The position numbers were made by a program, and so were the translations under genes. Positions 9,932 to 19,460 of a stretch of 64,000 nt of DNA are shown piece by piece (within the stretch, counting starts at the first letter, position 1; each line of letters opens with the position of its first letter). This stretch comes from Candidatus Binataceae bacterium (GTDB lineage Bacteria; Desulfobacterota; Binatia; Binatales; Binataceae): the NCBI GenBank assembly GCA_015478645.1, contig JADMIL010000009.1, positions 4,574 through 68,573 of the forward strand. The letters are read 5' to 3'. The notes under the pieces were generated by a model. The model saw nothing but the letters and a program-made list of their open reading frames with translations. It had not been told where the DNA came from and searched no databases.

Positions 9932-10501
9932 TCAATCGCATGTGCAATCCGAGCAAACTTCGAATTGCCCGGCGGAATAATAATTGATCGTGCCGGGCAG
10001 GATCAGCCCCTGCTCGGCGGCCAGTCCGGTCACCGCAGTGCCGGCCAGCGGCGGGACGTTCAATCCGCCCGGGACGCCCGAACTTATCAAGGGCGCCGCG
10101 GGTTCACGATTGACGTTGTAGGCGAGGCATGCGCCGATCGCCTGCTGGCGCGCATTGAAGTAGCTCAGCGCCGTGACCCGGCCCATCCATTGGGTGCCCG
10201 TGCCGCGGCCGAAGCAACTGCAATTAAAGGCGCGCTGCACGGGCGTGGGGGACGGCGTCGGGAGTCCCGGCACCGGTATCAGCACCGGCGCGATCGCGGT
10301 GCTGACCGGCGCGGGCAATTGCGCGGGCGCGCTCGGCGCGGGCACCGGCGCGATGAGCGGATTGGTCGCCGCGACCTGCGCCCATAGCGGCGCGACGGCG
10401 CGCGATCCAAGCGCGAGCACGAACAGCGTCGCGAGCGCGGCGCTTGCACTAAATTTGATCCAGCGCATCCGCCGCGCCATGCGTTCAACTGAAGGGTTCA
10501 T
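9932..10501 (-). CDS. Secreted Cys-rich hypothetical protein (start uncertain: 10501, 10480 or 10468)
   Basis: Signal-like segment MRWIKFSASAALATLFVLALGSRAVA, then a Pro/Ala linker, then a C-terminal domain with eight Cys (FNCSCFGRG...IGACLAY...FEVCSDCTCD). I recognise no family. Confidence 0.45.
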   Translation of the reverse strand: MNPSVERMARRMRWIKFSASAALATLFVLALGSRAVAPLWAQVAATNPLIAPVPAPSAPAQLPAPVSTAIAPVLIPVPGLPTPSPTPVQRAFNCSCFGRGTGTQWMGRVTALSYFNARQQAIGACLAYNVNREPAAPLISSGVPGGLNVPPLAGTAVTGLAAEQGLILPGTINYYSAGQFEVCSDCTCD

Positions 10502-10702
10502 CCGGTAGAGCCTGTCGGAGCCTTTGGCTATAATCGCGCGACTGGCGCGTTGCAAGCGCCCTCGACGCGATGGAAGCGGTGGCGATGCGACGGTGCTTCG
10601 AGGCCCGCCAGTTCCTTCCTTGCCCGCATTGCGCTAGATGGTTCGGGCGACGAAGTTCCGCTTCCCGCCGGCGGTCTGGTGTAGTAAGGAGGCTCCCGAA
10701 CG

Positions 10703-12604
10703 ATGTTACGGACGAAATACGCTCTGCTGGCGCTCTTGCTCGGGCCGCTCATGTGCGTTGATGCCGGGCCGGCGCGGGCCCAGTACAAATCCTCCTCGAT
10801 GTACGGGGCGAGCGGCCTGCAGGCCCCGTCGTTGAGCGGCCAGGCGGTGCCGGCGACGATTCCGCAGGGCGAGATGGCGCTGCCGCGGGTCAGCGTGCCG
10901 GCGTCAGCGGCGAACCAGTTCGAGCGCAATCCGGTGCTCTCGCTGCCCGACATCTTCGGCCGCCAATGGTCGCCGTCGAAAGAAGTCGCGCCCGAGGAAC
11001 TGATCAGCGAACGCTACCTGCGCACGGCGGACGACACGGCGCGGAAGATCACGCTCAAAGAGGCGATCTATATCGCGATCCATAACAATCCGGCGCTCGA
11101 GGCCAGCGAGCTCGATCCGATCGCCGCGACCGAAAGCGTGCGCCAGGCCAACGCGGCCTTCGATCCGGATTTGACTTCGCAGCTTGACGTCAGCAAGGAC
11201 GTAAGTCCGGTCACCAACGCATTTCAGGCGATCGGCTCGGACGCCTTCACCCAGAAGAACTACGACTGGAACTTCGGGGTGACCAAGGTTTCGGCGATCA
11301 CCAACGGCACCTTTGCCCTCACCTTCGACAACAACCGCCTGCTCACCAACTCGAGCTTCTCGTCGGTGAATCCGGCCTATCAGCCGACGCTCGAGGCGTC
11401 GCTGGTGCAGCCGCTGCTGCGCAATTTCGGCTGGAACTTCGCGACCATCAATGTGCGCCTGTCCGAGTCGGCACAGCGCTCCGCGCAATGGAACTACGGG
11501 GCCGCGCTCAACCAGTTCGTCGAGCGGATCGGCGGCGACTACTGGTCGGTGGTCGGCTCCAATGAAAATCTGCAGGTCGCCGAGGCCGCGCTCAAGTTCA
11601 ACTCCGACCTGGTGCGGGTCAACCGGATCAGCGAACAGGTCGGCACGCTCGCGCCCATCGACCTGCAGGAGGCGCAATCCGCCGCAGCCACGGCCGAGGC
11701 CAACGTCTATGCCGCCGAGGCGGCGGTCAAGGGATCGCGCGCGCAATTGCGCCAGGACGTGATGCTCAATCCGGCCGGGACTTTCCTGCCTGAAAATATC
11801 GAGCCCGCCGAGGAGCCCAATCCAAGCATCGAGATCAACGACAGCGAAGAGGTCGCGCTGGAAAAGATGGTCGAGTACAGCCCGAGCCTGGGCGGTCTGC
11901 GCGAGGCGATCCGCACCGCGCTGCTGCAGGTCAAGTTCCAGGAGAACCAGACCCTGCCGCAGCTCAATCTGGGTACGCAATTTGGCGTCACCGCGCTGTC
12001 TGGCACGGCGAAATGCGTCGGCGCCTTTAGCGCGAGCCCGTTCAACAATTGCACCGCTCCCGGCAGCTCGCTGAAGCCGCCCGACAACGGCACGCGCCTG
12101 CCCTTTGGCGGGATCTACGGCGACGCGCTCAATCGCATGCTCAACGCGCAGTTCTACAACTACGCCGGCGTGCTGACCTTCGAGATGCCGCTCGACAACG
12201 CCTCGGCCAAGGCGGCCCTCGCGCAGGCCCGCGTATCCTACGAGCAGGCGCGGCTCACTTACCGCGCGACGCTGTCGCAGTCGGTCACCGCGATCGAATC
12301 GGGGCTGGCCAACCTGCATGCCGACTTCAAGCGCGCCGAGGCGACCAAGGAGGCGACCTTCTATGCCGAGAAATCGTTGCGCGATGAGCAGGTGCGCTTT
12401 CGCGTCGGGATGGCGACGACGCACGACCTGCTGCAATTCCAGAGCGAACTGGTGACCGCGCAGGGCAATGAGGTCTCGGCCGATATCGATCTGGAAAACG
12501 CGCGGCTGGCGTTATGGGCCGCCGAGGGCACGCTGCTGCAGGCGTTCAATATCGACTTCCAGGTCCAGGATCCGCGCGAAACGCCGTGGTTCGCGAGATT
12601 CTAG
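10703..12604 (+). CDS. TolC-family outer membrane efflux protein (long, 633 aa)
   Basis: Signal peptide MLRTKYALLALLLGPLMCVDAGPARA. Two OEP-type repeats with coiled-coil Ala/Gln-rich helices (e.g. AQSAAATAEANVYAAEAAVKGSRAQLRQ and AQARVSYEQARLTYRATLSQS). Confidence 0.8.
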   Translation: MLRTKYALLALLLGPLMCVDAGPARAQYKSSSMYGASGLQAPSLSGQAVPATIPQGEMALPRVSVPASAANQFERNPVLSLPDIFGRQWSPSKEVAPEELISERYLRTADDTARKITLKEAIYIAIHNNPALEASELDPIAATESVRQANAAFDPDLTSQLDVSKDVSPVTNAFQAIGSDAFTQKNYDWNFGVTKVSAITNGTFALTFDNNRLLTNSSFSSVNPAYQPTLEASLVQPLLRNFGWNFATINVRLSESAQRSAQWNYGAALNQFVERIGGDYWSVVGSNENLQVAEAALKFNSDLVRVNRISEQVGTLAPIDLQEAQSAAATAEANVYAAEAAVKGSRAQLRQDVMLNPAGTFLPENIEPAEEPNPSIEINDSEEVALEKMVEYSPSLGGLREAIRTALLQVKFQENQTLPQLNLGTQFGVTALSGTAKCVGAFSASPFNNCTAPGSSLKPPDNGTRLPFGGIYGDALNRMLNAQFYNYAGVLTFEMPLDNASAKAALAQARVSYEQARLTYRATLSQSVTAIESGLANLHADFKRAEATKEATFYAEKSLRDEQVRFRVGMATTHDLLQFQSELVTAQGNEVSADIDLENARLALWAAEGTLLQAFNIDFQVQDPRETPWFARF

Positions 12605-12661
12605 CGGCGCGGGAGCGGGCGGCGGCGATCGGCCGCCCGGCCCGGTAGCGGGACCGCTGCG

Positions 12662-13057
12662 ATGGCTTACGTGTGGGTCGCGATCGGCGGTGCGCTGGGC
12701 AGCGCCGCGCGCTACGGGATGAGCGGTGTGATCGCCAACCTGACCGGCGGCGTGTTTCCCTACGGCACGCTCTTCGTCAACGTGACGGGCGGCATCCTGA
12801 TCGGATTTCTCGCCACGATCAGCGGTCCCGACAGCCGTTTCATTATTCCGACGGCCGCGCGTATCTTCATGATGACCGGCATCTGCGGCGGTTACACGAC
12901 CTTCTCAACCTTCAGCCTCGAAACCGTCAATCTGATGCGCGAAGGCGATTGGATGCGGGCCGCGGCCAACGTGATCGGCTCAGTCGTGCTGTGCCTGATC
13001 GCGGTGATGGCCGGGCACGCGGGGGCGCTGTTTCTAAATCGCGTTCGAGGAGGCTAA
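12662..13057 (+). CDS. crcB: Fluoride channel CrcB/FluC
   Basis: 131 aa. GGALGSAARYG...FPYGTLFVNVTGGILIGF...GGYTTFSTFSLE is the canonical CrcB signature. Confidence 0.92.
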   Translation: MAYVWVAIGGALGSAARYGMSGVIANLTGGVFPYGTLFVNVTGGILIGFLATISGPDSRFIIPTAARIFMMTGICGGYTTFSTFSLETVNLMREGDWMRAAANVIGSVVLCLIAVMAGHAGALFLNRVRGG

Positions 13058-13062
13058 CGGCG

Positions 13063-13416
13063 ATGCAAGTCCCACGCGACGCGGTATTGCTTAGAGTGTT
13101 CATGGGGGAAAGCGACCGCTACCAGGGTAGCCCGCTGTACGAGGCAATCGTGCTCAAGGCGCGCGAGTTGCATCTGGCGGGCGCGACGGTACTGCGCGGT
13201 CCAATGAGCTTTGGATTGAGCAGCCGGCTGCATTCGGCCAAGATTCTGCGGCTGTCGGACGACCTGCCGATAGTGATCGAAATTGTCGACAGCAAAGAGC
13301 ATATCGATCAGTTTCTGCCGCAGCTCGAGATCATGATGGGCGCCGGGGTCGGCTCCGGCCTCGTGACGATCGAGAAGGTCCAGGTGCTGCGCTACGGCGC
13401 GGCACCGACGACCTGA
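13063..13416 (+). CDS. DUF190 domain protein (commonly linked to crcB)
   Basis: Starts at the in-frame ATG at 13063 (MQVPRDAVLLRVFMGESDRYQGSPLYEAIV...). The longer track ORF (12673..) overlaps crcB and is an artefact. It begins 5 nt after the crcB stop. Confidence 0.75.
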   Translation: MQVPRDAVLLRVFMGESDRYQGSPLYEAIVLKARELHLAGATVLRGPMSFGLSSRLHSAKILRLSDDLPIVIEIVDSKEHIDQFLPQLEIMMGAGVGSGLVTIEKVQVLRYGAAPTT

Positions 13417-13539
13417 CGCGCGCCGGCTATGCGACGCGTGCTGCGGGAGGCGCGGCGGAGCGCGATGGGCAATTGCGGCTTATTCGTCAGCCACTTCGCC
13501 CTTGTCCGTAATCATTTCGCCACGGCCCGTTGACGATTT

Positions 13540-16500
13540 TCAATCCGGTTCATAAATCACTTCGACCGCTTCGAGATAGCCGGCGAGTTGCTCGATCACC
13601 ACGCGCACCGCGTCTGGCTGGCGCGCGGCAATGGCCGGTTCGAGCGCGGCGCCCAGCTCGGTTACGGCGTCGAATCCGTAGCTGCCGCCTTCGCCCTTAA
13701 TCTTGTGCGCGAGGGCGGCCAGCGCCGTGTAGTCTCCGCGGTCGAGTGCGGCGCGCAGCGTGACCACGTCGGCGCGCTTGTGTTCGAGGAAGCCGGGAAT
13801 CAGATCGCTCAGATCCGCGTCGACCTGCACGCTGGGACGTTTGACGATGGCTCCTGCGGTCATGAATTCTCCTCCTGACGCGGCGGCGTCGGGCGATGCG
13901 CCATTGGTGGCGAGGCGGCCGGCCGTCGCCGTCGCGTTGTAAATCGCTTCGAGCAAGGTCGCTTTCTTGACCGGTTTCGAGACATGCGCATCGCATCCAG
14001 CTGCAACGCTGCGGCGCACCGCATCGTCAAGGGCCGACGCCGTCAGCGCGATTATCGGCACGCGGCGGCGGCCCTCGGCGGCTTCGCAATTACGAATCGT
14101 GGTGGTCGCCGTATAGCCATCGACCACCGGCATCTGGATATCCATCAGCACCAGGTCGTAGGCGTTGCGTCCGGCCATCTCGATCGCGATCGCGCCATTC
14201 TCGGCGTGGTCGATCCGATAGGGCATATTTTTGAGGTACGCGTCGATCAAAAGCCGGTTGTCGGGTGAATCGTCGGCCAGCAGGATGTGCAGCGGACGCT
14301 CGTCGCGATCAATTGCCGCAGCGGATCCTGCGCCGCGCATCGTGGCCGCGGCGGCGATCATGGCCGCGGTTTGCGCGGCCGGCCTGAACGCCGCGTTGGC
14401 GGCCGCTGATCGATCGGTCAGTTCCGCGATCATATGGAGCAGTTCGGAGCGTTTGGCCGGCTTGACCAGATAGCGGCATCCGCGTGCCGGGTCGAGCCCG
14501 ACCAATTCCAGATGCGCGCGCGTCAACTGTAGCGTGTCGGTCGCGAGCATCAGGATGATCGCGCCGTGGGGATCGTGAAGATCCAGGGCCGCGCGCCAGT
14601 GCAGGAGCTGCTGGGCGGCTTCAATTCCGTCAAATAGGGGCGGATGGTGATCGACGATGATGACGTCGTAGGGAAAGCCATCGGCGCGCGCCCGATCCGC
14701 TGCGGCAAGCGCCGCTGTGGGGTCGGCGACCGCGACCGCGGTTGCGCCCGCCGCCGTGAGCATTTCGATGGTTGCCGCGGCGCGCGCCGCGCGGCCGTCG
14801 GCGATCAGCACACGCACACCCTCAAGACGCGGCACGGACGGAGCGTCGCCGGGGTCGCCGGGCGTGAGCGGAATGGTAAAGCTGAAGGTGCTGCCGCGGC
14901 CCGCTTCGCTGATCACGGTCAATTTCCCGCGCATCAGCTCGACCAGACGCTTGGCGATGGAGAGCCCCAGCCCGCTGCCGCCGTAGCGGCGCGCGGTCGA
15001 CGAATCGGCCTGCGTGAAGCTCGAGAAAATGCTCGCCAACTGGTCAGCGGCGATTCCGATGCCGGTGTCGGTTACGGCGAAGCGGATCCACGCCGCGTCG
15101 TCATTGGCGGGCGCGCCGTCGGTGCGGGCGAGCGCATCGTTGTAATTCGCGGAGTCGAGGCGCAGCGCGTCGGCGGGCGGGGCGACGGTCTCGACCGTCA
15201 CCGTGATTGCGCCGCGGGTGGTGAATTTGATCGCGTTGCCGATCAGGTTGATCAGAATCTGGCGCAGGCGCAGCGGATCGCCGATGACGCCGGGCGCGAC
15301 GCCGGGCGCGATTCGTCCACTCAACTCGAGCCGCTTTTCATGGGCGCGGATGGCGAGAGTTTCGAGCACCTTTTCGACCGTCTCGACGATCGCGAAGGGC
15401 GTGCGCTCGAGGCTGATGCGCCCGCTTTCGACCTTGGCCAGGTCAAGGATGCCGTTGATCAGATCGAGCAAGGCGTTGCCGTTATTGCGCATCGTCTCAA
15501 GGTAGCGGCGCTGCTCGCTATCCAGCGGACTCTCCCACAGCAGGTCGGCCATCCCGAGCACGGCGTTCATCGGGGTGCGGATTTCGTGCGACATGCTCGA
15601 GAGAAACTCCGACTTGGCCTGCGAGGCGGCGAGCGCGCTCTCGCGCGCGGCAATCAGCTCGCGTTCGACCCGCTTGCTCTCGGTGATGTCGCGGGTGTGG
15701 ACGACCATGCAGGGCTCGCCGTCGATCTCGACCATGGTCGCCGAGATTTGCGCCAGCATGATTCGTCCGTTCTTGGCGCGCAGTTTCACTTCGCGGTTGC
15801 GGATGGTCTGGACCTGCTGGACTTCGGCGATGAATTGGCGGAAATCCCCGGTCTCGAGCCAGCTCCCGATGGCCGCCGGAGTTTGGCCCAGGACTTCGTC
15901 GCGGGTGTAGCCGAAGGCCCGCGTGAATTCGGTATTGGCGTCGATAAAGTTGCCCTCGCTCATCCGATGAACCGTGATCGTGTCGAAGCTCGAGTCGAAA
16001 ATTTTCCGCAGCCGGGTCTCGCTCTCGGTGAGTTTGCGCTGGGCGCGCGCGCGCTCGGCCATGACGCGCTCGCGCTCCGAGACCTCGGCGCGCAGCCGCC
16101 GCTGGCTGTCGCGCAGGGCGCGAACCTGCAGCGAGAGCTCTTCGCGCGCGGCAATCAGCGCGATCTCGGCGGTTTTGCGCTCGCCGTTATCGCGCGCGAT
16201 CGTCACGATGCATGGTTCGCCGCCGATCTCGGTGACCACCGCCGAGGCCAGATAGGGCATCAGGCGGCCGTCGCGATGGCGCAGCGTCACCTCCATGTTG
16301 CGCACGAAACCGTGCCGGCGCAGCCGCCGGACGTATTCGGCCAGCTGAGCGAGATCCGCCCATATGCCGAGTTCCCGCCCCGGCCGGCCGATCACCTCGG
16401 CGAGAGTCAGACCGCTCATCTCGAGGAAGCTTTGGTTGACCTCGATACAGCGTCCGTCGACCAGGCTGGCAATCGCGATGGTATCGAGACTTGCCTCGAA

Positions 16501-17991
16501 GACCTTGCGCAGCTTGGCCTCGCTTTCGCCGAGGCGCCGCAGCGCGTCGACATAATCGGCCATCACGCGCTCGCGCTGGGCGATCTCGGCGCGCAGCTGC
16601 GTATCGCTCAGGCGCAAGGCCGCGATCTGCTCGCGTAACTCTTCGCGCACTCCGATCAAGTCGGCTTCGGTCTGCTTGATCGACCGGATATCGCGACCGA
16701 TCGTAACCACGCACTGCTCGCCGCCCAGGTCGATTACTTTGGCCGAGATCAGAAAAGGCAGGATACCGCCGTCCCGGGCCCGAAGGATGACTTCCTGGTT
16801 AACCACGCCGCCGGTGGTCTTGAGGGCCTTCAATAGCCTGCGCAATGCCGCCTGGTCCGTCCAGATGCCCAGGGCGCCGGACGATCCCGACAGCGCCTGC
16901 TCGCGGGTATAGCCAAACACGCTGAAGGCCTCATTGACCTCGAGGTAGCGTCCGTCACTCATTCGATTGATGGTGATAGCGTCGCTGCTGGTCTCGAAGA
17001 TCTTGCGCAGTTTCGCCTCGCTCTCGGCCAGTTGCCGATGGACCTGCTCGCTGGCCGCCACCACCGACTCGCGCTGCGCGATCTCGGCGAGCAGATGGCG
17101 ATGAGCAATCTCGAAGGCCATGATGCGTTGGGCGATCTCGCGCCGATAGAGCTGGCCCTGGAGCGCCGCGTAATGGGCTACGGCGGCGGCCGCCGCGATC
17201 GCCAGCCAATCGTTGCCCAGATGAGCATCGAGACCCGGGCGAATAGCGGTCATCGCCGCCATCGCAACGACGCCGGCGGTGGCGAGGACGGCCTGCCAGC
17301 GCCAATCCCATGGCACCAGTGCGGCGGCGCCGACCAGCGTAAGGATCACCGTCAGGGTCAGCGGCGCGCTATTTGCGGTGACCACCGACGCTACGGTAGT
17401 GGCCGCAAACAGCAGTGCGCATCCGGCCAGGATAAAGAGTTCCATGCGGCGGCGGAAAACCGGGAGATAGGTCAGGCGCAGGAAAATCGCGGCGGTCAGA
17501 ATACTGAAGAGGTGCGGCGGTAAATACGCCGCGGATGGTGCGTTACTCCATTTCCAATCGGCCGCCAGATATAGCACCTGAAAGGCCAGTACGATCACCG
17601 CACTCGCACGCAGGACGCGCATTTGCCGGAAATCGTCGGATCGATCGATCATTGAATCGTCAGGCGTCGAATCGTCAGGCGTCGAATCGTCAGCGGCGGA
17701 TTCTTCGGCCGAGGCTTCTTTGGCCATCGCGAGATCGCCCGGGCGGTCGCTCGATCGATCGCCACCCGCATCGCTGACGCCCGCATCGGGAAGCTGCGGC
17801 CCGCGCGTCTCTGACGCGATCGGTGCGGTGGATTCATCGGTAAGAGTTGGCTGCATGATACGATGCGGCGGCGCGACCGCCGAGGTTCGGCTGATCGGAC
17901 GCAGAATGCCATCTAAACTAGAAGCAAGAGTGATGCCTGATTTATGGGCGCTTTTGGTACGCCGCACCGCGAAACCGTCGCCTGCTTCCAA
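13540..17991 (-). CDS. Hybrid sensor histidine kinase: TM region, 3 PAS modules, HisKA/HATPase, pseudo-receiver, receiver, Hpt (N-terminal start uncertain)
   Basis: H-box SHEIRTPMN (His codon at 15586..15588), G-box TDTGIGI...GGSGLGLSI, a canonical receiver (ILLADDSPDNR...DLVLMDIQMPVVDG) and an Hpt motif AHKIKGEGGSYG. Three PAS modules each follow a coiled-coil linker. Confidence 0.9.
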   Translation of the reverse strand: MEAGDGFAVRRTKSAHKSGITLASSLDGILRPISRTSAVAPPHRIMQPTLTDESTAPIASETRGPQLPDAGVSDAGGDRSSDRPGDLAMAKEASAEESAADDSTPDDSTPDDSMIDRSDDFRQMRVLRASAVIVLAFQVLYLAADWKWSNAPSAAYLPPHLFSILTAAIFLRLTYLPVFRRRMELFILAGCALLFAATTVASVVTANSAPLTLTVILTLVGAAALVPWDWRWQAVLATAGVVAMAAMTAIRPGLDAHLGNDWLAIAAAAAVAHYAALQGQLYRREIAQRIMAFEIAHRHLLAEIAQRESVVAASEQVHRQLAESEAKLRKIFETSSDAITINRMSDGRYLEVNEAFSVFGYTREQALSGSSGALGIWTDQAALRRLLKALKTTGGVVNQEVILRARDGGILPFLISAKVIDLGGEQCVVTIGRDIRSIKQTEADLIGVREELREQIAALRLSDTQLRAEIAQRERVMADYVDALRRLGESEAKLRKVFEASLDTIAIASLVDGRCIEVNQSFLEMSGLTLAEVIGRPGRELGIWADLAQLAEYVRRLRRHGFVRNMEVTLRHRDGRLMPYLASAVVTEIGGEPCIVTIARDNGERKTAEIALIAAREELSLQVRALRDSQRRLRAEVSERERVMAERARAQRKLTESETRLRKIFDSSFDTITVHRMSEGNFIDANTEFTRAFGYTRDEVLGQTPAAIGSWLETGDFRQFIAEVQQVQTIRNREVKLRAKNGRIMLAQISATMVEIDGEPCMVVHTRDITESKRVERELIAARESALAASQAKSEFLSSMSHEIRTPMNAVLGMADLLWESPLDSEQRRYLETMRNNGNALLDLINGILDLAKVESGRISLERTPFAIVETVEKVLETLAIRAHEKRLELSGRIAPGVAPGVIGDPLRLRQILINLIGNAIKFTTRGAITVTVETVAPPADALRLDSANYNDALARTDGAPANDDAAWIRFAVTDTGIGIAADQLASIFSSFTQADSSTARRYGGSGLGLSIAKRLVELMRGKLTVISEAGRGSTFSFTIPLTPGDPGDAPSVPRLEGVRVLIADGRAARAAATIEMLTAAGATAVAVADPTAALAAADRARADGFPYDVIIVDHHPPLFDGIEAAQQLLHWRAALDLHDPHGAIILMLATDTLQLTRAHLELVGLDPARGCRYLVKPAKRSELLHMIAELTDRSAAANAAFRPAAQTAAMIAAAATMRGAGSAAAIDRDERPLHILLADDSPDNRLLIDAYLKNMPYRIDHAENGAIAIEMAGRNAYDLVLMDIQMPVVDGYTATTTIRNCEAAEGRRRVPIIALTASALDDAVRRSVAAGCDAHVSKPVKKATLLEAIYNATATAGRLATNGASPDAAASGGEFMTAGAIVKRPSVQVDADLSDLIPGFLEHKRADVVTLRAALDRGDYTALAALAHKIKGEGGSYGFDAVTELGAALEPAIAARQPDAVRVVIEQLAGYLEAVEVIYEPD
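17654..17693. repeat. 15-nt tandem repeat (about 2.7 copies) inside the kinase N-terminus
   Basis: gaatcgtcaggcgtc occurs at 17654..17668 and 17669..17683, with a partial third copy. It encodes DDSTP-DDSTP-DDS on the minus strand. Confidence 0.8.
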
Positions 17992-18158
17992 GTTATTTTC
18001 TCTCTGAGCGATCCAAAATAGGTCATCGTGACGACCCCGTTCATATTTGCAACGAACGCGTATCGCCGCCTCGCCGAACGCCGCGGCCGGCTGGCCGCCT
18101 CAATCGCAGTGGCAAGCGCCGGGCGCTCGGAGCGTTCGTGCGTTGGTGCGTGCGGCGT

Positions 18159-19319
18159 TCAGCAGGATTCCAGCGAGCGCGTAAAGTCCTCGATCAGATC
18201 GCCGGTGGCCTCGAGTCCGACCGACAGCCGGATCAGCCCGTCACGGATTCCCACACGCTCGCGCTCGGCCGGCGGCATCCCGGAATGCGACGTGGTGGCG
18301 GGCCGCGTGATCAGGCTCTCGACTCCGCCCAGGCTCGGCGCACTGATTGGAATCGTGACGCCGTCGATGAAGCGATCGGCTGCCGCGAGTCCGTCGCGCA
18401 GCTCAAAGCTCAGCATCCCGCCGAAGCCGTCGAACAGCTCGCGCGCCCGCTGATGTTCCGGATGCGACGGCAGGCCGGGATAGTTGACCGCCGCGATCTT
18501 GGGATGCGCCGCGAGGAAATGCGCGACCTCAAGCGCGCTCGCGTTCTGATAGCGCATCCGCACGCCCAGGGTCTTGATCCCGCGATGGAGCAGAAAGCAG
18601 GCGTGGGGATCGAGCGAGCCGCCAAAATGGCTCGCCGTGCGATTGATCTTTTCGATCAGGTCGGCGCGTCCGATGATCGCGCCCGCGACGATGTCCGAAT
18701 GGCCGTTCAGGTATTTCGTTCCGCTATGAATCGAGAGGTCGAAGCCGTGCTCGGCCGGCCGGAAATTGATCGGGCTGGCGAAGGTGTTGTCGACGATCGA
18801 GATCAGTCCGTGCGCGCGCGCAAAGGCCGCCGCCGCGCGCAGATCCGCCACCTGCATCAGCGGATTCGAGATGGTCTCGACGTAGATCGCGCGGGTCTGC
18901 GGGGTGAGCGCTTCGCGCCATCCGGCGGCGTTCGCGCCGTCGATGAAGTCGACGCCAATTTTCATGCGCGGAAATTCGTCGCGCATCAGATCGTGCGTGC
19001 CGCCGTACAGGCATTCCTGCGCCATCACGCGCTCGTCGGCGCCCGCGACGGTGATCAGAGTGGTGCTCACCGCGGCCATCCCGCTGGCCAGCACCAGCGC
19101 CGCCTCGGCGCCTTCGAGCGCGGCGAGCTTGCGATGGAGCGCGACATGATTGGGCGTATTGTTGAGCCGGATGTAGCGCAGCGCGTGGTAGCTGGTTTCG
19201 CCGCGATAGGCAAAGGTCGACGACTGAAATATCGGCATCGCGACCGCGCCCTCGATCGGCGGATCGGGCTCGCCCGCATGAATCAGCCGCGTGTCGATGC
19301 CGCGCATGATTTTTTCCAT
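18159..19319 (-). CDS. PLP-dependent Cys/Met metabolism enzyme (cystathionine gamma-synthase/lyase family)
   Basis: 386 aa from MEKIMRGIDTRLIHAG... PLP-lysine motif HSGTKYLNGHSD. The 905-aa track ORF is an upstream open-frame artefact running antisense through the ThiO-like gene. Confidence 0.88.
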   Translation of the reverse strand: MEKIMRGIDTRLIHAGEPDPPIEGAVAMPIFQSSTFAYRGETSYHALRYIRLNNTPNHVALHRKLAALEGAEAALVLASGMAAVSTTLITVAGADERVMAQECLYGGTHDLMRDEFPRMKIGVDFIDGANAAGWREALTPQTRAIYVETISNPLMQVADLRAAAAFARAHGLISIVDNTFASPINFRPAEHGFDLSIHSGTKYLNGHSDIVAGAIIGRADLIEKINRTASHFGGSLDPHACFLLHRGIKTLGVRMRYQNASALEVAHFLAAHPKIAAVNYPGLPSHPEHQRARELFDGFGGMLSFELRDGLAAADRFIDGVTIPISAPSLGGVESLITRPATTSHSGMPPAERERVGIRDGLIRLSVGLEATGDLIEDFTRSLESC

Positions 19320-19460
19320 CGCTATTCCCCTCGTGGTTGCGGGTCGGGCCGCGGTCCAACGCCGTGATCCGGCCGGGCCGTGGCAATGCGCCAGGCGCGC
19401 GGATAATCTTAGCGTGGATGGGCGCTCGGCGCGCCCGCCCGTGCGAATGGAGCGCGCAGC

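Noticed and set aside
12604-12662. Possible fluoride riboswitch upstream of crcB.
   Set aside because: There is some resemblance (GGCGAU..CGCC hairpin, a second hairpin, GAUGGC). However, the conserved AAC-CGCC junction and pseudoknot complementarity are missing and the spacer is only 57 nt. It is kept as a low-priority check (cmsearch RF01734), not called as a feature.
12673-13062. The N-terminal 130 aa of the 247-aa ORF overlapping crcB in another frame.
   Set aside because: It is Arg/Asp-rich nonsense overlapping a bona fide crcB. The DUF190 domain begins at the internal ATG at 13063.
19320-19460. TPP riboswitch upstream of the ThiO-like gene (aacgccgtgatccgg...ggcaatgcgccaggcg looks a little like ACCUGAUCUGGAUAAUGCCAGCG).
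   Set aside because: The invariant CUGAGA element and the GGGGUGC stem are absent from the 141-nt spacer. A SAM-type riboswitch for the divergent PLP gene was also not recognisable.
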